A stretch of 64,000 nucleotides of DNA from an uncultured bacterium (GTDB lineage: Bacteria > Acidobacteriota > Thermoanaerobaculia > Multivoradales > JAHZIX01), in NCBI GenBank assembly GCA_965368975.1, contig CBDUPA010000012.1:32001-96000 (forward strand). The letters run 5' to 3'. Positions within the stretch are counted from its first letter, which is position 1. The number at the start of each line of letters is the position of its first letter. This document shows positions 57,981 through 64,000 of the stretch, piece by piece. A program made the position numbers and the translations under genes. Under the pieces are notes generated by a model. That model ran no database searches and was not told the DNA's origin. It saw only the letters and a program-made list of their open reading frames with translations.

Positions 57981-60845
57981 ATGCCCGAGCCGCTGTCTGT
58001 TTTTATTTCCTACTCACAAAAAGACGAGGCCTACCGTGAGGCTTTCGTCACGCACTGCGCCACGTTGCAGCAGCAAGGCTGGATCGATGCCTGGCACGAT
58101 GGCCTGATCCCAACTGGTGAGGAATGGGAAGATGCGATTCTGGGCAAGCTGCGGAGCGCTCAGTTCGTGATGTGCCTGGTGTCGGCGAACTCGCTGGCGT
58201 CGGAGTACTGCTGCAAAGAGCGCGACGATGCGTTGGCGCGCGGTAAGCAATGCCTGGTGATTCCAGTGATTCTGGACGACTGTGACTGGCAGGCTTCACC
58301 GTTCGGTCGGCTGCAAGCCTTGCCCAAGCAGGCGGCGATTGTGCCGGTGGCACTGTGGGAGAACCAGAATAGCGGTTGGAACAGCGTCATCCAGAGTCTG
58401 CGGCAGCTGATCAGGGAATGGTTTCCCACTCGAGCGAAACAGGCGGCCTGGCCGAAGCCCAAGGGGCAGGTTGACGTCAACATCCACCGCCTCCCCACTC
58501 CCGGCCCGACCTTCGTCGGCCGCACGGACGAACTCGCCCGCCTCGACGCTGCCTGGACGAATCCGGACGTCCGCATCTTCAGCGTCGTGGCCGCGGGTGG
58601 CTTCGGCAAGTCGGCGCTGGTGCACCGGTGGACGCAGCAGTTGCAGGCGGACGGCTGGCGGGGCGCGGAGCGGGTGTTTGCGTGGTCGTTCTACTCTCAG
58701 GGGACGGCGGAAGCCCCGCAAGCTGGAGAAAGAGGGTCTCGACGCACGGCGGCGTCGGGGGAGCCGTTCTTGATCGAGGCGTTGGAGTGGTTCGGATGGG
58801 AGGGAGGGATACCCGCTTCAGCGAACAAGAAGGGCGAAGTCCTCGCCGACCTCGTGGCATCGACACGCACGCTCCTGATCCTGGACGGCCTGGAACCACT
58901 GCAACAGAGCAGCGAACTCCCCGGCGAGGCGGGCCACCGACTGCTCGACCCGGGGATCAAGGCGTTCTTGCGCCAGCTGGCGACGAGTAACGCCGAGGGA
59001 TTGTGCGTGCTGACGACACGGCTGCAAGTTGCCGACCTGGCGTCGCGGGAGGCTTCGACGGCGCCGGTGCTGCGGTTGGAGAAGTTGGAGAAGGCGACGG
59101 GCGCGGCGTTGTTGGAGGCGGTGGGGGTGACGGGGCCTCGGAAGGAGCTGGAGCGGGTGAGCAAGGAGTTCGAGGGGCATGCGTTGACGTTGCAGCTCTT
59201 TGGGACCTACCTGGTGAGGTACCACGGCGGCGGCATCAAGCACCGGACGGAGGTGCCGTCGCTTGTGACCAAGAAGGGGTTCCAGAATCCGGTAGAACGG
59301 GTGTTCAAGGCGTACGTCGAGCAGATGACGCCGGAGCAGTTGCGGGTGTTGTTGCTGCTCGGGCTGTTCGACCGTCCCGCCGAGCCGGAGGCGGTGGAGG
59401 CGGTACGGGCGGAGCCGGCGATTGCGGGGCTGACGGAGGGGATCAGCGCGGCGGACGAGGAGGCGTGGGTGGATGCGGTTGTCGAGCTGGAAGACTTGGG
59501 GTTGTTGCGGCGGGAGGGAGGAGCCTTGGACGCTCACCCTCTGGTGCGCGAGAGCTTCGGCGCGCGGTTGCAGACGGAGCACGCGGAGGCGTGGCGACAG
59601 GGCAATCGGCGGCTGTACGAGTATTACCAGGCGTCGACGGACGAGTTCCCGGAGACGCTGGAGCAGATGCTGCCGCTGTACACGGCGGTGGTGCATGGGT
59701 GTCGGGCGGGGTTGGAGCAGGAGGCGCTGCACGAGGTGTTGTTCAAGCGCATCAAGCGGGCTAGCGAATTCTACAGCACCAAGAAGCTCGGCGCCTTCGG
59801 CTCGGAGCTGACGGCGTTAGCGGCGCTGTTCGAGCGGCCCTGGGACCGTCCCGCCGTCGCGCTGACGGCAGCGGCCCAGGCGTGGCTGCTCAACCAGGCC
59901 GCCTTCGTGCTGCGCGCCCTGGGGCGGCTGTCGGAGGCGGTGGCGCCGATGGAGGCGGCGCTGGAGCTCGGCATCAAGCAGGAGAACTGGAAAGCAGCCG
60001 CGACCCGTGCCAGCAACCTCAGCGAGCTGACGCTGACGCTGGGGCGGGTGGCGGATGCGGTCGAGTTCGGGGCGCGCGGCGTCGAGTTGGCGGATCGGAG
60101 TGGGGATGAGTTCCAACGCATGGGTAACCGCACCACCCAGGCCGACGCGCTGCACCAGGCCGGCGTAATCGAGGCCGAATCAGGCGACGCCAGCGCGGCG
60201 CGCTTCGCCGAGGCCGAAGCGCTGCAGGCGGAGCGGCAGCCGCAGTACCCGAAGCTGTACTCGGTTCAGGGCTACCAGTACTGCGACCTGCTGCTGACGC
60301 AGTGCGCGCGGGCTGTGGACGTCTCGGCCGTGGACCTCTCGGCGGGGGAGCGGGCGGAGAAGCTCGACGCGGTGCGGCAGCGGGCGGAGACGACGTTGGC
60401 GTGGTTGACCCAGGCAGGGAAAGACGTCCTATCTGTCGCCCTGGACCACCTGACGCTCGGCCGGGTCCACCTGGCCCTGGAGCAGGTGAGCGAAGCGGCC
60501 CTGGCGCTGGAGCGGGCGGTGGCGGGGCTGCGGCAGGCTGGACACGAGTGGTTTTTACCCGCTGGCCTGTTGGCCCGCGCCGCGCTGCACCGCCACACCG
60601 GCGACGGCACGTCCGCCCGCCGTGACCTCGACGAAGCGCTGGAGATCGCCGAGCGGGGATCGATGCGGCTGCACGAGGCGGATGCGCACCTGGAGTGGGC
60701 GCGGTTGTTGTTGTCGGAGGGGAAGGTCGAGGAGGCGCGGGGGCACGTGGCGGTGGCGCGGCGGATTGTGGACGAGACGGGGTATGGGCGGCGTCAGCCT
60801 GAGATTGCGGAATTAGAGGAAAGGTTGGCGGTAGGTTCTGGGTAG
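57981..60845 (+). CDS. TIR-STAND NTPase-TPR protein (bacterial NLR-like)
   Basis: VFISYSQKD...ASEYCCKE TIR domain; FVGRTDEL, AAGGFGKS (Walker A), LLILDGLE (Walker B), GHALTL, HPLVRE; TPR-like C-terminus. Confidence 0.88.
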   Translation: MPEPLSVFISYSQKDEAYREAFVTHCATLQQQGWIDAWHDGLIPTGEEWEDAILGKLRSAQFVMCLVSANSLASEYCCKERDDALARGKQCLVIPVILDDCDWQASPFGRLQALPKQAAIVPVALWENQNSGWNSVIQSLRQLIREWFPTRAKQAAWPKPKGQVDVNIHRLPTPGPTFVGRTDELARLDAAWTNPDVRIFSVVAAGGFGKSALVHRWTQQLQADGWRGAERVFAWSFYSQGTAEAPQAGERGSRRTAASGEPFLIEALEWFGWEGGIPASANKKGEVLADLVASTRTLLILDGLEPLQQSSELPGEAGHRLLDPGIKAFLRQLATSNAEGLCVLTTRLQVADLASREASTAPVLRLEKLEKATGAALLEAVGVTGPRKELERVSKEFEGHALTLQLFGTYLVRYHGGGIKHRTEVPSLVTKKGFQNPVERVFKAYVEQMTPEQLRVLLLLGLFDRPAEPEAVEAVRAEPAIAGLTEGISAADEEAWVDAVVELEDLGLLRREGGALDAHPLVRESFGARLQTEHAEAWRQGNRRLYEYYQASTDEFPETLEQMLPLYTAVVHGCRAGLEQEALHEVLFKRIKRASEFYSTKKLGAFGSELTALAALFERPWDRPAVALTAAAQAWLLNQAAFVLRALGRLSEAVAPMEAALELGIKQENWKAAATRASNLSELTLTLGRVADAVEFGARGVELADRSGDEFQRMGNRTTQADALHQAGVIEAESGDASAARFAEAEALQAERQPQYPKLYSVQGYQYCDLLLTQCARAVDVSAVDLSAGERAEKLDAVRQRAETTLAWLTQAGKDVLSVALDHLTLGRVHLALEQVSEAALALERAVAGLRQAGHEWFLPAGLLARAALHRHTGDGTSARRDLDEALEIAERGSMRLHEADAHLEWARLLLSEGKVEEARGHVAVARRIVDETGYGRRQPEIAELEERLAVGSG

Positions 60846-60926
60846 GGGCGTCCCCATGTGGGCGCCCTGCGGCGGAACGCCGCATCCGGATCCGGATCCG
60901 GAGGGCGCAATGCCTTGCGCCCCTAC
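60842..60926. repeat. Inverted pair of GTAG-family REP elements (REPIN-like)
   Basis: GTAG-GGGCG-TCCCCATGTGGG-CGCCC at 60842-60867 and, on the minus strand, GTAG-GGGCGCAA-GGCA-TTGCGCCC at 60903-60926. Confidence 0.72.
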
Positions 60927-61067
60927 GACCCTCCCGCCCCCCGAACGATACGCATGCGGGATGACATTACCGATGCGGACGTTCGGGGTCCCAGGTTTGA
61001 CCCTCCTTCCACCCCGGTGATAGCGTCCAAACGACCCTACGCCCAAGGAAACCGAAGGAAAAACCCA

Positions 61068-62186
61068 GTGCCCGAATCCTCCGAATCCCTAGCCACCTCG
61101 ACCGACACGCTGGACCTCACCGTCCACCGCGACAAGTCGAGCGAATTCCGCACCATGACGGGCGAGCCGGCGGTGGAGGCGAGCATCATCTTGATCGCGC
61201 ATCCGGAGCACCAGCGCATGGGCACGCGCTACCGCCTGGTACCGGGGGAGATGCTGGAGGTCGGGCGGTCGTCGAAGGCGGGGGTGAGTCTGCCGGAAGT
61301 GGCGGCGTTGTCGAGGGTGCACGCGCGGCTGCAGCATCGCGGGGAGTGGGTGACGCTGGAGGATCTGGGGTCGACCAATGGCACCTACATCAACGGCCGA
61401 CGCCTGCACGAACCGACGGCGCTACACAGTGGCGATCGCTTCCAGGTCTCGTCGGTGCACTTCAAGTTCCTGCACGAGAAAGACGTCGAGGCGGCGTACC
61501 ACGAGGCGATTTACAACCTGGTGGCGCACGACGGGTTGACCGAGGCCTACACCAAGCGCAAGTACGAAGAAGAAGCGGCGCGCGAGCTGGCGCGGGCGGC
61601 GCGGCACCGGCGGCCGTTGTCGTTGATCCTTCTCGACCTCGACCACTTCAAAGACACCAACGACACCCACGGCCACCTGGCCGGCGACGCGCTGCTCAAG
61701 CACTTCGCGGTGGTGGTGCGCCGGCACTTGCGGCCGGAGCAGATCTTCGCCCGCGTGGGCGGCGACGAGTTTGTGGTGCTGTCGCCCGAGATGACGGCGG
61801 CGCAGGCGGAGCGGCTGGCCGAGCGGCTGTGCCACAAGCTGGCGGCGTCGCCGCTGGAGTATGAAGACGTGCGGCTGACGATCTCGGTGTCGTGCGGGGT
61901 CGCCGAGTATGCGATGGACATGGAGCGGCCCGAGGATCTCTACGCCGCTGCCGACCGGGCGCTGTACAAGGCCAAGCTGGCCGGCCGGGGACGCGCCGTG
62001 CGGGCGGAGACGAATTCGGGCGCCATGCCGCCGCTGCCGGGCTCGGACCGCCGGTTCGAGAGCCACGGCTTCGAGGCCGGCTCCGGCAACGACGCGGAGG
62101 AGTCTTCGACCGACGTGGGCGAAGCGAAGGAAGACGCCGCCCAGGATGCGGCTGGCCGCGACCCGCAAGCGGATACGCGGGGCTGA
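61068..62186 (+). CDS. FHA-GGDEF diguanylate cyclase
   Basis: VGR...LSRVHA...DLGSTNGT (FHA); DGLT, DLDHFK, ARVGGDEF, ADRALY. Start codon uncertain. Confidence 0.9.
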   Translation: MPESSESLATSTDTLDLTVHRDKSSEFRTMTGEPAVEASIILIAHPEHQRMGTRYRLVPGEMLEVGRSSKAGVSLPEVAALSRVHARLQHRGEWVTLEDLGSTNGTYINGRRLHEPTALHSGDRFQVSSVHFKFLHEKDVEAAYHEAIYNLVAHDGLTEAYTKRKYEEEAARELARAARHRRPLSLILLDLDHFKDTNDTHGHLAGDALLKHFAVVVRRHLRPEQIFARVGGDEFVVLSPEMTAAQAERLAERLCHKLAASPLEYEDVRLTISVSCGVAEYAMDMERPEDLYAAADRALYKAKLAGRGRAVRAETNSGAMPPLPGSDRRFESHGFEAGSGNDAEESSTDVGEAKEDAAQDAAGRDPQADTRG

Positions 62187-62212
62187 CGGCGAGCTTCGCC
62201 GAGGACGTCGAC

Positions 62213-64000
62213 ATGCTGCGCGAACTCCATGTACGCAATCTCGCCGTGCTCGCCGGAGCGGCGGTGGATTTCGCCGCCGGCTTCAATGTGCTCACCGGCG
62301 AGACCGGTGCCGGCAAGTCGATCGTCGTCGACTGCCTGGAACTGCTGGCCGGGGGCCGTGCCAGTGCCGAGCTGATCCGAACCGACGCCGACAAGCTGAT
62401 GGTCTCGGGCGTCTTCGAACCGGCCGGCAACGGCTGGAAGGTGCTGCTCGAAGAGGCCGGGCTGGACGCCGACGGGCGCGAGTTGCTGATCCGCCGCGAG
62501 GTCAGCCGCGAGGGGCGCAACCGGGTGTATGTGAACGACCAGCCGACGACGCTGCGTCTGCTCGCGGACCTGGCACCGTCGCTGCTGCGCATCCACGGCC
62601 AGCGCGACGAGCTGGGGCTGATCTCGCCCGAGCTGCAGCGCGCCTGGCTCGATCGTGCCGGCGGCGACGAGGCCGGCCCACGGCTCGACGCGGTCGCCGA
62701 CGCCCACCGCGCCTGGCGCCGGCTGGCACGGCGGCTCGAGAGCCTGACGGGTGACGAGGAGCTGCGCCGCCAGCGTCTCGACTTGCTGCGCTTCCAGGCG
62801 TCCGAGATCGACGCTGCTGAGGTGCGCGCCGGTGAGGAGGACGAGCTGCGCCAGGAGCGCGACCAGCTGCGCCACCGCGAGGCGGTGGTGGCGGCGCTGT
62901 CCGAGCTGGTCGAGCGGCTGTACGAGGGCGAGACGGCGGTGGTCGACGAGCTGGCCAAGAGTGGCCACCGGCTGCAGGACATCGGCGAGTGGGAGCCCGC
63001 GGCAGCGAGCTGGACGACGGAACTCGAGGAGCTGCGCATCCGCGCCGAGGAGGTGGCGCGCGGCGTGCGCGAGCGCCTGGACGGCATGGAGAGCGACCCG
63101 CGACGCCTCAACGCGGTGGAGGACCGGCTGTCGACGCTCGAACGCCTGTGCCGCAAGTACCATGGCACGACCGACGACATCCTGGTGCGGCGCGCCGAGA
63201 TCGCCGCCGAGCTCGAAGAGCTGGAAGGCGACGCCGAGAACGTCGAGGAGCTGGAGGCCGAGGCGGCGGCGGCGCTGGACGTCTATCGCAAGGCCGCGCT
63301 GGCGCTGTCGGCGGCGCGCGTGCGCTGGGGACAGGGGCTGGCCGAGCGCATGACCGCCGAGCTGGCCGACCTGGCGCTGGCGCAGGCGCGGCTGGAGGTG
63401 CGGCTGGAGCGCAGGCCACAGCCGAGCAGTCCGCTGCTCGTCGACGGCGTGGCGGTCGACTTCTCGGCGGCGGGTGTCGACCAGGTCGCATTCTACTTCG
63501 CGCCCAACCCCGGCGAGGCACCGCAGCCGCTGTCCAAGATCGCTTCTGGCGGTGAGCTGTCGCGCTTGTCGCTCGCTTTGCAGCTCGCGGCGCGGGCCGA
63601 AGGCATGCAAGATCGACCGACGCTGGTGTTCGACGAGGTCGACACCGGCATCGGCGGTGCCGAGGGTGCGGCGCTGGGGGCCAAGCTGCGACGCCTGGCG
63701 CGCGGTGGCCAGATCTTTGCCGTCACCCATCTGCCGCAGGTGGCCAGCTGCGGCGACCACCACCTGAAGGTGAGCAAGGAAGTGCGTGGCGGCCGGACCT
63801 TCGCCGAGGTCGAAGCGCTGAGCGACAGTGCCCGCGTCGACGAGGTGGCGCGCATGCTCGGCGGCGAGACGCTGACGGACCTGTCGCGCCAGCACGCGCG
63901 CGAGCTGCTGCGGGATGGCCGTGAGCTACAGCGGGAAGGCACAGAGGGCGATCCGCCCTCCAGCAGCGGCAAGAAGCGCCCACGAGCCAAGCGCGCCGCC
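62213..64000 (+). CDS. recN: DNA repair protein RecN, stop codon beyond the window
   Basis: Not in the ORF track. MLRELHVRNLA...TGETGAGKS, IHGQ, ASGGELSR, FDEVDTGIGG, VTHLPQVA. Confidence 0.95.
   Translation, partial: MLRELHVRNLAVLAGAAVDFAAGFNVLTGETGAGKSIVVDCLELLAGGRASAELIRTDADKLMVSGVFEPAGNGWKVLLEEAGLDADGRELLIRREVSREGRNRVYVNDQPTTLRLLADLAPSLLRIHGQRDELGLISPELQRAWLDRAGGDEAGPRLDAVADAHRAWRRLARRLESLTGDEELRRQRLDLLRFQASEIDAAEVRAGEEDELRQERDQLRHREAVVAALSELVERLYEGETAVVDELAKSGHRLQDIGEWEPAAASWTTELEELRIRAEEVARGVRERLDGMESDPRRLNAVEDRLSTLERLCRKYHGTTDDILVRRAEIAAELEELEGDAENVEELEAEAAAALDVYRKAALALSAARVRWGQGLAERMTAELADLALAQARLEVRLERRPQPSSPLLVDGVAVDFSAAGVDQVAFYFAPNPGEAPQPLSKIASGGELSRLSLALQLAARAEGMQDRPTLVFDEVDTGIGGAEGAALGAKLRRLARGGQIFAVTHLPQVASCGDHHLKVSKEVRGGRTFAEVEALSDSARVDEVARMLGGETLTDLSRQHARELLRDGRELQREGTEGDPPSSSGKKRPRAKRAA

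Overview
GC-rich bacterial window that looks acidobacterial (inferred from the ADOP-type permease, Oar-like TonB receptor, CRTAC1/TPR and sulfatase-TPR lipoproteins). Left to right: partial ABC permease; TonB-dependent receptor with a perfect sigma54 promoter; TPR and CRTAC1/UnbV lipoproteins; a DUF433/DUF5615 toxin-antitoxin pair; a sulfatase-like TPR protein; a membrane patatin. Next is an 8.5-kb type I restriction-modification islet (hsdM-hsdS-secreted protein-internally deleted AlbA protein-hsdR) bounded by a 43-bp direct repeat of the 3' end of a PP2C phosphatase gene. Then come a type 2 IleRS with the swapped GVHH signature, a 51-aa lanthipeptide-like precursor missed by the ORF track and divergent from an ABC-2 exporter, and Lhr helicase. 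The most unusual feature is a tightly coupled 18-gene, about 21-kb minus-strand operon (36146-57146) downstream of a LuxR-type regulator. It combines lipid genes (ACP, SDR-acyltransferase fusion, UbiB kinase plus a catalytically degenerate paralog, patatin, degenerate SGNH protein, DinB) with four internally repeated families I cannot name: a helical module in 4 copies, a ~90-aa domain in 3 copies, three possible double beta-barrel paralogs and two DUF1702-like paralogs. The window ends with a TIR-STAND-TPR protein, a GTAG REP pair, an FHA-GGDEF protein and a partial recN. All calls come from reading motifs by eye; no database searches were run.
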